Source: Glaucostegus cemiculus (Eukaryota). Taken from it: a DNA stretch of 64,000 nucleotides. The notes beneath the pieces are model-generated. The model saw nothing but the letters and a program-made list of their open reading frames with translations, was not told the DNA's origin and ran no database searches. This document shows, piece after piece, positions 1 through 12,799 of the stretch. Position numbers and translations under genes: made by a program. The stretch is from the NCBI GenBank assembly GCA_976551045.1, contig CDPCPM010000281.1, positions 5,084,001 through 5,148,000 on the forward strand, written 5' to 3'. The stretch's first letter is position 1, and each line of letters opens with the position of its first letter.

Positions 1-1084
1 GCTGGAAAATAAATCACACCACTAAAACAGTTGCCTCGGAGGTGAAATCTGCTTGTTGACCAGATTGTTACCAGCTTTGAATGATGTCTGCCCTCAAGTA
101 AGCTCAGATGAAGATTCCATTCTTCAGTTATTATCCTGGCACAGATTTACGAGAAGCTGGGGGTGATCAGCTGGCAAATTGATTGTCAACGTAAACTGCA
201 TGGGCAGGGCCTGTCCTGTCCGATGCATTTGTGCAAGGCATCGTAATTCTGCCATTAACACTTCAACAAACAATGGATCTAAACTCTTCGTTATCTGACA
301 CAAAGCTGGATAAATGTCAAAGGCAGTGATCCCTGAAGTATTTCTTTTCCATAATTCCACTTGACCTATGAGTAGCTCCCTTGTCCTGTTGGAAGGAAGA
401 TCATGTGAGGCAAGCATAACACTCTGCCAGATTTACTGTGTGAACCAGTCCAGTGGCAAACTGAAGACAGACTATTACACACTCCAGGTTAAATAGGGTC
501 AGCGATAAAGGCAGACTTTTGACTTTGTGATTTATATTCTATTTTTAAACAGAAAATAAACTGCAAGAACCGTGGCCACTCTGCAGTGAGGAGTAATACT
601 CTTGCCACATGCGCCTGTCATCAATGTGCTATCCCCTCAGATATGGTACATTCTGGAAAAGCTCAGCACAGTAATGCTGACAACTGAACTGAGATTTAAA
701 ACAACTGTTCACTCTATCACTGGATATAGTACACACAAGTTCAAATGCACATCCAGAATAAGAAAAAGACAAATCTTTTCTTTATGTTCATTTAACTAAC
801 TTCATAGAACAGTGATCTTTTATTCAAAGTAAATAAGTACAATTAATGTAACTGCCCCAAGTAAGCTATATTCAGCTAACAAAAGAAAATAATTTAATTT
901 TACAGTAGTTTTTTTTTCATTTTGGCAGATATATAATGTGCTCGGGAGGAGGGTTAGCAAAGTGTCCAAACCCTCCAATAATTGTTTTGCACTTTAAAGA
1001 TGCATGTATATATAATACATCTATTTAAATTGCCCCTCAAAAAATTACCAAATTTAAATGCCTGCCCATGAATCTGTGAACTTC

Positions 1085-1400
1085 ACAGAGGTTGCAGAAC
1101 TGATTTACTAGAATGGTTCCATGAATAAGGGAATGCAGATGCAAGGTTAGATGAGAAGAGCCGGTGTTGTTCTCACTGGAGACGAGATAGTGGAGAGGGA
1201 TTTGATGGAGGTGTGCAAGATTATGATGGGTTCAGATAAGGTAAGCAGAGGGAAGCTGTTCCCATCAGTAGATGATTCAGGGGTCAGGAGTACCAATCTT
1301 AGCTTTACGCAAAGAGTGGGTATAATCTGGAAATCACTGCCTTTTGGGGAAATCAGGACATTCAAAAAAGAAATGGAAAGGCACTTGTGGTTCACATGTA
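1085..1400 (+). mobile_element. CR1 LINE 3' fragment, old
   Basis: FTRMVP...RDLMEVCKIMMG...KLFP...FTQRVGIIWKSLP matches the CR1 ORF2 C-terminus. Confidence 0.75.
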
Positions 1401-1719
1401 ACTGGTCCACAGAAGCTCACCTTTCATTGAGCCTTAAAACCAGGAGTGAACAGTTGCCTGTTGAGTCTGGTGCTGCTTGAGCACAAATGTCAGTCTTCAT
1501 TATAGAAGCTAATGGTGCTACATCAGCCCACATGTATGCTTGGACTTACTAGTGTCTATTCCTATGTTTGTCTGGATGGAGAGAGACTTTGTGTCACTAT
1601 ATTTCATTCTCACATACCCACATTATGGAGCTTTTACAGTAGAATATCTGAAGGCCAATACTTCTCAGTGTCAAGGAAAACTTAAATGGGAATAATGTAA
1701 GATTGGTACAAATGGGTGC

Positions 1720-1840
1720 TGGAGACACAAGTACTGGAATCTGGAGCAAAAAACGAACTGCTGGAGGAACTCAGCAGATCAGGCAGCATCTGTGGAGGGA
1801 GAGGGACAGTCAACGCTTGGGGTCAAGAGCTTCATTTGGA
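1720..1840 (-). mobile_element. Penelope-like element terminal fragment
   Basis: CTGGAATCTGGAGCAA...CTGCTGGAGGAACTCAGCAGATCAGGCAGCATCTGTGGAGGG is the same family as 13375-13605 and 54700-54805. Confidence 0.65.
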
Positions 1841-2479
1841 CAAATGGGTGCTAGATGGTCAGTGTGGACTCGATGGTCTGAAGAGCCTGTTTCCGTGCTG
1901 AATGATTCTATGTCAAAGTTGCAGTGACCAGAACTCTAACAAAAGCCCAAGTCAGTGACAGGCCAAGAAGGATGATGCAAGGTCACTTTCTGAGATTTAC
2001 TTCCCTCTACTTTCTCTCTCTCTTCTAAACCAGAAGTCTATCATGCATGGTCATGCCACACATCAGCCCCATCCTACATTATTATGTAAACTATACCTGA
2101 GGAAGATTATGTCCATATCATAATCATTAAACCATTGCGCTGTGAGATAAAATGGAGTTCCAGCATTTATTTCCTGGGAATCACTTCAATCTCTGCCTTG
2201 GGGCCAGGTATGAAAGAAAACACACACAGCGTCTGGGGAACAGGTGCTAAGGGATGTGACTTTGGTTAAGGTTATCTGGATAACACAGTTTGTAATAAGC
2301 GAATGGGAAGGAGAACAATGCAAGTCCTCAGTGTGTTGTTAAATGGCTCAAAGTGCTGGAAACTCACCAGTAGAACACCTCACAAGTTTCCAAACAAAGG
2401 ATTGTGGAAGATTCTCAGCTGAGAAATATCTCACAGCAAGTGTGGTATCAGAGAACGTACACAAAACCTGCTACCTGTA

Positions 2480-2985
2480 TATAATTCTGGTTGGCCCATT
2501 GCAGGAAGGCTGAGGAAGCTTTGGAAAGGGTACAAGAAAAGGTTTATTCAGATGCTGCCTGGATCGGCGTGTATGTGCTGGACAAACTTGGGTTGTTTCC
2601 TCTGGTGTTGGAGGCTGAGAGGAGACCTGATAAAAATTTATAAAATTATTAGAGGGATCATTCGGGTAGATAGTCAGAATTTTTTCTCAGGGTAAAAATG
2701 TCAAATACTAGAGGACATGTATTTAAGGTGAAAAGGTGAAATTTTAAAGGAGATGTGTGGGGCAATTTTTTTTTTTTTTACAGAGAGTGGTCGATGCCTG
2801 GAACTGGCTGCCGGGGTGGTGGTGGAAGCAGATACGATAGTGGCATTTAAGAGGCTTTTAGATAGGCACATGAACATGCAGGCAATGGAGGGATATGGAT
2901 CGTGCACAGGCAGAAGAGATTTGGTTTAATTTGGTATCGTGTTCAGCACAGAAATTGTGGGCTGAAGGGCAATACTGTTGTATGT
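2480..2985 (+). mobile_element. CR1 LINE 3' fragment
   Basis: ALERVQ.RF.RMLPG, RLRGDLI..YKI and TRGH.FKV motifs, then the 3' UTR GGGCTGAAGGGC. Confidence 0.88.
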
Positions 2986-4739
2986 TTAAAAGAGGAGGGA
3001 AATTGAGATGGCTTGACATGTGTATTGACACAATGCTCTTAACAGTCTAGGCTGGACATGTCAAAAGGCTGGTGCCAAGCAGATGTGGTAAAGATCTTGT
3101 GACCTGATGTGGCATATTATCATCAGACAACTCACAGGCTGGCAGCAGTGCCGGCCTCTGGTGGAAACTATTTGGCATTTGAGACAGAAAGAGGAACTGA
3201 AGGAGACAATAATATGGACACGTTCACTGCAGTGACAGGAAGCGGAGCTTGCCATGTGAGATTTCTACAGCCATTAAAGGATCATCTTGCAAGGGCAAAA
3301 AAAAACAAGTGAATAATATGTCTCCAAGTCGGGAATGGGTTTCAACACAATCTCATCCACTCAAGTGGTACAAATAATTAATACTATAATTACTGTGAAG
3401 TAAAAGATTCAAAGCTTCTTAAAAGAAAGGGTATGTGCCAAAGAATACCTGAACAGCTCCTCTAATATTTAAATCACTTAGCTCACCAGGTCCACATTGG
3501 AGAAATAATGGTTTGGGCTTAATTACCAGGGCCATAGCCATTGGCACACAGATAAGGCACAGCCAAAACTGGTGCCCCAAGACTCATGCTGAATTGGCTC
3601 TTCAATGGATCGTCAACATCAGTAACATCTCCAGAGATGGCTCACTTCTTCCCTATGCGTCACTCTAGTGCGCGCCAGCAACCAGCCCAAGTCCCAGAAG
3701 AATTAGTTTCAGGCGTGAGAACAACATCTGCCTGCAGTGCTCTGACTTCCCTGGTCCATCTCCGATCTTCTTTGTTCACTGCATCTATTACAGGGAAAAC
3801 TGATTGTTGAATCAGGTCTACTCCAATCAGGACAGGCCAGTCAGGCACTGATCCAGAAGCAGACATACTGTTCCTCATAAGCATGTGAAGGGAGCCTGAC
3901 AACCTCATGGTTAAACAGTGGAGCTGAAGATATTTCAGACATTCTTGAGAAGCAGAGCACGGGTTTATTGACCCAGAAAACAGACACAATGAGGTGTAAT
4001 ATCTACTCCTTTTATACACTTGCAATAAAGCAGAGTTGGAAATAATTAAAAGGAACATGATTCTAAGAAGCTTCATTATTTTTAAGATAAAAATATGCCT
4101 GAAGGTAATATGCATGGCCATCTTTATTCTTTGTAAATCACGCTTTTGTGGAACATACAATTAATGAAGTGATCCGCACTTCGCCGATTCTGAGCACACA
4201 TCTGGACTGATGGGCACCACATTCAGCGAGATTGACAGCAGCTGCTTAGAACCTCTGTTCATTAGTCAGAACTATTCTGCTGAGCTTTAGTGGGAAGTAT
4301 TGGATTGCGGAGGAAAGCACACTAGTGTATGGATATAGTCTACTGTGAGGTGCCATTTCATCTCCCAAGAAGGCTGAAAGTTTGTGGCAGCACCCTGAAT
4401 GGGGAGAAAAGTAATTGACAGATCTACAGTACCTGATCCAGTGGCTTACAAACATCTTTTCCTTCATTCCATTTCAGAGGGATGCGATTCTTCTGCTCTC
4501 TCTGCCCACAGTCCCTGCCCCATTTCACAATTGCCACTTTATAAAATATTGAATGAAAACGGTCATACTAACTGTGGTCCATTTCCAATCCTCTGTTTTA
4601 CCTTTAAAAGAGTAGGCTCTAATCCATTCACTCTACACACAAGGTTGTCAGTAGCAACAACAATGCTGCTTTGAAAACAAAAAAAAAATTGTTGGATTTA
4701 AACCCAAATGTTAGAAGTTCTTATTCTATAAGATGGAAG

Positions 4740-5900
4740 AGTTCAATCTATGATTAGGAACAGTGTACTTCGAAAATAGCCATACAATTGGGCAGAATCA
4801 ACAGGGATTTGTGAAAGGAAAATCATGTTTGATATTTTTTTTAATTTGTTACTAACAAGGTAGAGAAGGGCAAATTGGATGATGTGATACATTTGGGCTT
4901 TCAGAAGCCTTTAAATAATCTGAAACTGAAAAAAATTAGAGTGCATGGGACTGGGGTTAATATACCGACATGATTGAAAAATGGTTCACAGGCAGAAAGT
5001 AGAGAGTAGGAATAAACAGGTCATATTCAGGCTGGGAGGTTGTAATCAGCAGAATTTGCAGGGATTGGTGCTGCGTCTCTAGCTGTTCACAATCTAAATC
5101 AAGGAGTTGAACAAGGGGAAACCAGGAATAATATATCCAACGTTGCTGATGACACAGAGATGTGCGCCAGTGTGTATAATGTGGAGGATGCAGGGAGATT
5201 GAGTGGAGGATGCAGAGGTTTCAGGGAGTTACAGTCAGGCCAAGTAAATGGCCAATGAAATAATGTGGAGAAGTCTGTAGTCATCCACTTCAGTACAATT
5301 AAAAACACAGAGTATTTTATAAATTGCAATAAGTTAGCATGCAAGAACAGCAAGCAATTAGAAAGGCAAATAGTATGTTGGCATCTATTCCATGAACACT
5401 GATTATAAAAGTAAAGGTACCTTATTGCAATTATATGGTAATAGGACTTAACCTGGAATATTGTATACAGAGGTGACTCCCTATGGTATGCTTGAGCTAG
5501 AGGAAGGCCAGCAAAGATGCACCAAATTTGTACACAGGATGGGGACTTACATCCACTGAGGAGATAATAAGCAGACCAGGCTCTCTACTCTTTTGAGTTT
5601 AGAAGATTGGGAGGTGAACTCATTGGAACATACAAAATTCTTATTGGCCTGACAGGTAGACGTGGAGATAATGTTGACCCTGACGGAAGCTTCCGGAATC
5701 AGAGATCACAGTCTCAAAATGACAGGGGAACTGTGATGATGAAAAAAGTTCTGTATCCAGAGCTGGTGAATCTTGGGAATTCTTTACGCACAGAGCTGAG
5801 GAGGCTGAATCAATGTATACATTCAAAACATAACAGAGAGTTTCTGGCTACTAAAGGAATCAAGGGTGGTGGGTTATTACAGGAGAGTGGTACCAAAGCA
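4740..5900 (+). mobile_element. Degenerate CR1 LINE (RT region to 3' end)
   Basis: NQQGFVKGKSCL, FQKP(AF), NVADDTEM and LGGELIGTYKIL remnants with many indels. Confidence 0.82.
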
Positions 5901-6559
5901 CAGAAGCAAAATTTTGCACATCCAAACACATTTCATTTCCATTTCCTGCTGCTACAGCAAACAATTTGTTGCAAGTGTTTCTCCATCTTCCCTCTGTGTT
6001 TTACTCTTGCTCATTGCTGGATCCAACAACTCCCTAATGATTTCCTACTTACCATCATTCATCCTTTTATCAGGTCCAATTACCTCCTTATTCTCCATCC
6101 TTAAAAATAATGGCTTTCTCTTACTTCTTGACTGCCTCATGGTTCCAAGCCAATGAAATCTTTCCCAAATCATCCTGCCAAATCCATACTTTGAAACCTG
6201 CATTTGATATCTTTATGCTGTAGTAACCCAAACAAATTTGACATGGCAAAACTTTCAACTTTGTCCTCACTTCTGGCCTTATTTGTAAAGAAAAGTCAGG
6301 CCTTAAAAATCTTATGGGATTTTTTGAACAGGTGTACAATGTAGTGGACAGAGAAATATCAATGAGCTGTTACTTATACAAGCTACCAGAAAACAAGTCT
6401 GGTTTGATGAGACCCAGGTGACCCAGGAACTAATTAACTATAAAAGAAAGGAGTTGTTAGATAGATAACTCAACCACACTTCAAGGTCAACCCTCCCCCA
6501 CCCTGCTGCCCACCCACCAAACCCCCCCCCTCGCCCCCCCCCAGGTCTATAGCATCTGA

Positions 6560-8877
6560 AGACCAAACTCCAATAATAAAGACCTGCAGAGAGTCGATGG
6601 ATGGAATGAGCATAGGTGATCTAACAATCACATAACCATGGCATGGGTGGATTCTTTAGAGCTGTTAAGACTATCTTCACTTGAGACAACGAGAAGCTCA
6701 CTCTAAGATCCAGAAATGGAAGGTTTGACACACACTCAGCACCCACTGGAAGGAACACTTCAAAGAACTCCTCAACTGAGACAGTCATAGACACGAGCAC
6801 CCAGGACTCCATCTTACACGGAGTTTGTGTGCGGTTCTGGTCACCACAATATAGGAAGGATGTGGTTGCACTGAAGAGAGTTCACAGGAGATCAGCAAGG
6901 ATGTTGCCTGGATTGGAGGACTTCAGTTATGGGCAGAGATTGGATAGGTTCGGCTTGTTTTCTCTGGAGCGAAGGAGGCCGAGGGATGGCCTAAGAGAGG
7001 CATTGATAGGGAAAATGGTCAGAATCCTTTTCCTATGGTAGGGGTATCAAAAACAAGAGGGTGTAGGTTTAAGGTGAGAGGAAGGAGTTAATAAATGGGA
7101 CTTAAGGAGAAAGTCCTTTTTTCAAACAGAGAGTGGTTGATATCTAGAACTTGGTCCCAAAGGAGGTGGTGGAATCAGATACAATCGCAACATTTAAGAA
7201 ACATTTATACAGGCACTCGAACAGGCAAGGCACAGAAGAACACAGATATAGAGCTGGCAAAAAGGATCATTAAAGGCAAAAAGGCCAGCATGGACACATG
7301 GGCCAAAGGGTTTGTTTCTATGGCTCTTCCCCGCAGTGCATGATCTGATCCAATCTTGCCGCAATCTCAGCAAGAGGCCGAAAAGGCCATATGTCTGCTG
7401 AAAAACAGATGGTATCCCTGCTGAAGTTATCAAATTGGCAGAGAGAAACCTCTGGCACAAATTCACAGCCTCATCTCCCTCACCTGGGAAGAGCAAAGCA
7501 CGGCAGGGCATCTTGAAATATTAAAATCAAGACCATCTTCAGGTCTGTATTAGGAGAAGTCATCACAAGGGCCATCCTCAATCACCTCCTCCCAGAGACC
7601 AAAGAGCCCCTCCCAGAGTTGTTGTGTGGACTTTATCCATCAAGAGGTACAATGGACATGATCTACACCATACAACAATGACAGGAAAAATGCAGCCACT
7701 CTCCCTGGCCCTTGTTGGCCTCACAAATGTCTTTGATCCTGTCATCCCCGTGAAATTGTGGAAAACCCTTCTTAAGTTTGGCTACACTCAAAAGTTAATT
7801 TCCATTGTCTGCTGCACAATGACATGCGAGCTATAATTCTAATTAATGGCCCACGACAGATCCAACCCCAGAGCATACTGCTCTCAAGCAAAGCTATCCC
7901 GATCCTTTTCTCAATCTTCCTCATTAAAATATTAGAACTCACCTCCAACACACTTCCTAAGGAATGGAGGTAATATTCAACACATATTACCTACACTCCA
8001 GAACCAAGGTCACCCCACCTTCTCTCATCAAGCTGCAGTACGCCACACAGCCTTTGCTTATGTGAACACTCAGAAGCCCATTTCCAAATCATTATTGACT
8101 TGTTCACTAAAGTGTACAAGAAAATGGACCTTACACTAAACATCCATAAGGACAATATTCACTACCAACCTGCCCCCACTGCACAACAACACCCCTGATA
8201 ATAAATCTAATGTGACCCTGGGAAACAAGGATTACTTTCCATGTCTCAGTGAGGGCAGAAAATGATGACAAAGTTCACCACTTCCAGTATACCAGCATTG
8301 CATTTGGCTACCTAGGAGAAAAACCAACTGTTCAAAGATCAGGACCAAAAACCTAACACCTAATTCGTCGGTCTATTGGCAGCAGTGTACCTACCCTCCT
8401 GGACACTTCCAAGAAATTAACAACTTACAGCAGGATCACCATCTCCACAAAATCTTCCACATCTATTGGCAGGATAAGCAAACCAATATCAACTTCCTTC
8501 CCCAGACTAACATCCCCAACATCAAGCGTCTAGCTAAATTCAGCCTGTATTAATGGGCATGCCTGACACCAGATTCCCAAAACAGTTCCTTGCCCAATCT
8601 CTGAAACAGCAAAAGATCTCCAAGGAATCAGAAAAAAAAAGCACTTCAAGAGTGTTATCAATGGTTCCCTGAAAAGATGCACAACTGCACTGGGAATCCC
8701 TGGCCCATAACTGCTTACAATAGAGAAGGAACATCAGGAAAGGTACATCTCAAGCCCTTGCAACAGGAGCAAATCATGTGCTAAAAGAACAGAAGGAATG
8801 CAGATCCTTTCAAACAACCTGCCCTCTGACCCACCTTCAGCAGTGTCTATGGGACCCACATTAGCTTCAGTAACCAT
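6560..8877 (+). mobile_element. Degenerate RTE-clade LINE, split by a CR1 (about 6815-7340) and by the Gypsy element; tail resumes about 11859-11890
   Basis: Peptide remnants HWKEHFKELLN (about 6755), EAEKAI..LKN/DGIPAEVIK (about 7370-7440), LVGLTNVFD..LWKTLLKFGY (about 7710-7790), and a C-terminal S-N-H-L-K-A-H segment broken at CCAT by the LTR element. Confidence 0.75.
6815..7340 (+). mobile_element. CR1 LINE 3' fragment nested in the RTE
   Basis: VRFWSPQYRKDVVALKRVHRRSARMLPGLEDFSYGQRLDRFGLFSLERRR. Confidence 0.9.
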
Positions 8878-9114
8878 TGTAGTGACCCGCGCTACCGGTG
8901 TCCGAAACGCCGTCGGCCGCCGCGGGGAAACGCGCGAGTTCTCGCAATAGCACCGGAAGGCGGGACTTCCGGCGGGAGTATGACTTCACTTCCGCCGGCC
9001 ATGTTTTTTGTAGTTCTGCATGCACGCAGTTTTTTTTGGTGAGTTATTAAAGCGTGCTCGATCAAGTCTCCGCGTCCTCATGTTTTTCTAAGTCGCACCT
9101 CGCTGGCTGCTACA
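8878..9114 (+). repeat. 5' LTR (237 bp)
   Basis: TGTAGTGACCCG...GGCTGCTACA; direct repeat of 11619-11854; ATTAAA at 9046-9051. Confidence 0.97.
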
Positions 9115-9116
9115 TT

Positions 9117-9130
9117 TGGTGACCCCGACG
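9117..9130 (+). other. Primer-binding site complementary to the tRNA-Trp 3' end
   Basis: TGGTGACCCCGACG starts 2 nt after the 5' LTR. It is the reverse complement of the vertebrate tRNA-Trp end ...CGTCGGGGTCACCA. Confidence 0.9.
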
Positions 9131-9152
9131 ATTCCAGACGGCATCTGGAATC

Positions 9153-11646
9153 ATGGATACTGACTCCCACAACGCCATTCCACTCAAGCTCCCGGTTTTC
9201 TGGACCTCACAGCCTCAAGTCTGGTTTGAACAGGCCGAGGCCCAGTTCAGCGTCAGGGGCATCGAAGCCGACGTCACGAAGTACTACTACGTGGTCAGCG
9301 CCCTCGACCAGGACATGGCCGGTCGCATCATCGATTTTCTACGCCAGCCACCGACGGAGGACAGGTACGCCCAAATCGAGGCTCTCCTCATCCGCACGTT
9401 CGGCCTTTCCCTCAGCGACCGAGCCACGAGGCTCCTCCATATGGACGGCCTAGGCGACCGCAAGCCCTCCGAATTAATGGACTCGGTGAGCAGAGGCATC
9501 GATTTCGCTTTTGTGTACCTGGATGACATCCTGGTAGCCAGCAGGTCGCGCAAGGAGCACTCAGCCCATCTCCGTCAGCTCTGCCAGCGCCTGAGCGACC
9601 ACGGGTTGGTGATCAACCTGGCAAAGTGCCAGTTCGGGCTGCGGGAGATTGACTTCTTGGGCCACAGGGTGAACCAGCATGGCGCTGCCCCGCTACCCGA
9701 CATGGTTCAGGCCATCCTCCAATTTCCCAAGCCCTACACGGTCAAGGGCCTGCCTGCAAGAATTCGTGGGGATGGTGAATTTCTACCACTGTTTTGTGCC
9801 CACAGCAGCACGCATCATGCGGTCCTTGTTCGGACTCATGGCCGGCAAGGCCAAGGATGTTGTTTGGGACGCAGAAGCCTCGGCAGCTTTCGATCGGGCT
9901 AAGGAGGAACTGGCCAAGGCAACACTCCTGGTGCACCCAAGAGTCGACGTCCCCGCTGCGCTCACTGTCGACGCTTCCGACACGGCGGTTGGTGAGGTGT
10001 TGGAACAACTCATTGAGGGCCAGTGGAGACCACTCGCTTTTTTCAGCCGACATCTGCGGCCACCAGAGGTCAGGTACAGCGTTTTTGACAGGGAGCTGCT
10101 GGCTCTTTACCTGGCTGTCCGCCATTTCCGTTATTTCCTTGAGGGAAGGTACTTTACCGCCTACACAGACCACAAGCCCCTCACGTTTGCCCTGGCAAAG
10201 ACGTCGGACCCATGGTCGGCTCGGCAGCAATGGCACCTCTCCTTCATTTCGGAGTTTACCACCGACATCTGCCACATCGCTGGGAAGAGCAACGTGGTCA
10301 CCGACACACTGTCCCACCCCCACATCCATTCAGTGACCACCCCAGCCATGGGCGTCGACTACATGGCGCTGGCGCAAACGCAGCAGGCAGACGACGAGAT
10401 CCCGGCATACCGCACCGCACTCTCGGGACTCCGGCTGGAAGATGTCCCTGTTGGCCCTACGGCAACGCAGCTCCTGTGCGACACGTCTACTGGCAGACCC
10501 TGGCCGGTGGTGCCAGTAACGTGGAGACGACGGGTTTTCGACGCCCTGCATAGCCTGGCCCACCCGTCCATCAGGACGACTATCAGGATGGTGACGGAAA
10601 AATTCATATGGCATGGCCTACGCAAGCAGGTGGGGCACTGGGCCAGAACCTGCGTGCACTGTCAGACGGTCAAGGTCCAGCGGCACGTGAAGGCTCCCCT
10701 CCAGCATTTTCAGCCAACGCTCGGCAGGTTCCAGCACATTCACGTGGATATCGTCAGACCACTGCCAGTGTCCCGGGGTACCAGGTACATATTCACTGTG
10801 GTAGACCGGTTCACCAGGTGGCCAGAGGCAGTGCCGCTGGCAGACATGTCCGCCGCATCCTGTGCCAGAGCCCTCATTGCCCACTGGATTGCCCGGTTTG
10901 GCCTCCCAGCGGACATTACCTCCGACCGAGGGGCGCAGTTCACGTCCGGCTTGTGGACGGCACTGGCGCAGCTCCTGGGTTCCCAACTGCATCACACCAT
11001 AGCATACCACCCACAGGCCAATGGTTTGGTGGAGCATATCCACTGGCACCTCTAGTCCGCCCTGGTGGCTCGCCTGCAGGGACCTAACTGGATAGACAAG
11101 CTCCCCTGGGTCCTGCTGGGCATCTGTACAGCCCCCAAGGAAGATTTGGGCACCTCCTCAGCTGAGCTGGTCTATGGCTCCCCCCTCACGGTACCGTGCG
11201 AGTTCGTATCAGGGGCTCAGGACCCAGCAGGGACCCCGGCAGAGGTGTTAGCGAAGCTGTGGGCCAAGGTGGGGACTTTGGCACCGATCCCGGCCTCCAG
11301 GCATAGCACGACACCTTCTTTCATTCCGAAGGACCTCCAGGGCTGTGAGTACGTTTTCATCTGCAGGGGAGCACATGGGTCACCCCTGCAGAAGCCGTAC
11401 GAGGGGCCTTTCCGGGTGGTCCGGCGCAGTGGATCGACATATGTCATCAAGGTTGGGGGTCGTGAGCTGACTTTAACAGTAGACCGCCTGAAGCCGGTGC
11501 ATCTGGACATTGCACGCCCGGCCAGAGTGCCTTCGCCGCGCCGACAGGGCAGGCCACCCAAGATGGACGATCGGGTTGATGGCCCTGCGCCTCTGCTGGG
11601 CGTTTCTGAGGGGGGTGGTGTAGTGACCCGCGCTACCGGTGTTTGA
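9153..11646 (+). pseudogene. Disrupted gag-pol polyprotein of the Gypsy element
   Basis: Gag N-terminus (LKLPVFW...PQVWFEQAEAQF) is joined to RT (FVYLDDILVAS), then RNase H (VDASD, DRELLA, TDHKPL), integrase HHCC (HSLAH...CVHC), DDE core (IHVD, SDRG) and GPY/F motif (PYEGPF). A CCTG duplication at 9749-9756 shifts the frame, and TAG at 11053-11055 is a premature stop. Confidence 0.92.
11608..11618 (+). other. Polypurine tract
   Basis: TGAGGGGGGTGG-type G-rich run directly abutting the 3' LTR. Confidence 0.8.
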
Positions 11647-11854
11647 AACGCCGTCGGCCGCCATAGGGAAACGTGCAAGCTCCTGAGATAGCACCGGAAG
11701 GCGGGACTTCCGGTGGGAGTATGATGTCATTTCCGCCGGCCATGTTTTTTGTAGTTCTGCATGCGCGTGGTTTTTCTGGTGAGTTATTAAAGCGTGCTCG
11801 ATCGAGTCTCCGCATTCTCGTGTTTTTCTAAGTCGCACCTCGCTGGCTGCTACA
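11619..11854 (+). repeat. 3' LTR (236 bp)
   Basis: Same termini as the 5' LTR. About 25 differences by manual alignment, mostly transitions and many at CpG. Confidence 0.97.
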
Positions 11855-11889
11855 CCATCTCAAAGCCCACAGCACTGGGATGGCTTGGA

Positions 11890-12320
11890 GAGAATGCAGC
11901 ATAGATTTACCAGAGTGTTACAAGAGCTAAGTCACAAGACTGCAGAGAGCAAGACCTGATTCACTGGAATTTTGAAGGTTAAGATAGGCTTTTCTTCATT
12001 TTGGGGGGAACTGGCAGAAAATTTAAATGGAGCTAGTTTCTTTAGTTGGGAAATGTCTGACTATAGTCATTGTGCATAAGTTATACCCAAGGTTTTCAAG
12101 GGTATAGTTACAAAGACAGCATACAAAGAACTGTATAACTTTTCTTCATACATTAATACTCAATCAATTATTAATTTTTAATCTGTAATTGAAAGATTGT
12201 TAACCAAATGTGATACATGGAAATGGGAGGATATGTGGGGTTAGGTCACAGATCAGCCATGATAGCAATGGATGGTAAAACAGGTTCAAAGAACTAAATG
12301 GTCGACATCTCTCCCACATC
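11890..12320 (+). mobile_element. Highly degenerate CR1 3' fragment
   Basis: LERMQHRFTRV remnant and tail CAGATCAGCCATGAT...AATGG. Confidence 0.55.
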
Positions 12321-12799
12321 ACTTATTGGTGTTGACTTCCTCCATTGTGAGTTTCCTCTAAAATGGACTTCTGAGAAGGGGAAAATAGTAGCTCACGGAA
12401 CATTGTGGGATGATATAGCCTAATACACAGCAAAGGGACTTAAGTGCCAGAATCATGTCTAATCAAGTGAAGATTTAGTATTTATATACTGCTTTTGCAA
12501 ATCTCACACATTCAAAGCTTAATATAAGCAAAATTAGTTTCATCTTTTTATTCACTGATTAGTGCTTAAATACTAGATAGAAAGGAGACAGCCCATTCTT
12601 CCTTCCACTTACCACTGCTTTTATAGTTGTCGGGTCTTCCAGGAGACATTATTATTGATAATGAGAGCTCTCCTATGAAACAGGCAAAAGCCTCATGAAT
12701 AAATTCATATCAACATCAGCATGAAGCAGAAGATGGAGATGGAAGGATGTTTTTGTGATGAGAAGGCAGTGACAAGTGGCGTAGGAGGAATAATGAGCG

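Larger units (their letters stand above)
8878..11854 (+). mobile_element. Ty3/Gypsy LTR retrotransposon, internally deleted and defective
   Basis: Two TGT...ACA LTRs, 4-bp TSD CCAT (8874-8877 and 11855-11858), PBS and PPT. Domain order gag, RT (YLDD), RNase H, integrase. GC and CpG content are much higher than the flanks. Confidence 0.97.

Noticed and set aside
124-417. 97-aa minus-strand ORF at the window start as a possible PITPNM3 exon
   Set aside because: No similarity to PITPNM3 or any family I recognise, and no clear splice boundaries.
3660-4160. 166-aa minus-strand ORF
   Set aside because: No recognisable domain and an AT-rich low-complexity start; likely a chance ORF.
9226-11838. 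Many overlapping ORFs on both strands in the Gypsy body
   Set aside because: Shadow ORFs caused by high GC content; only the gag/pol frames have domain motifs.
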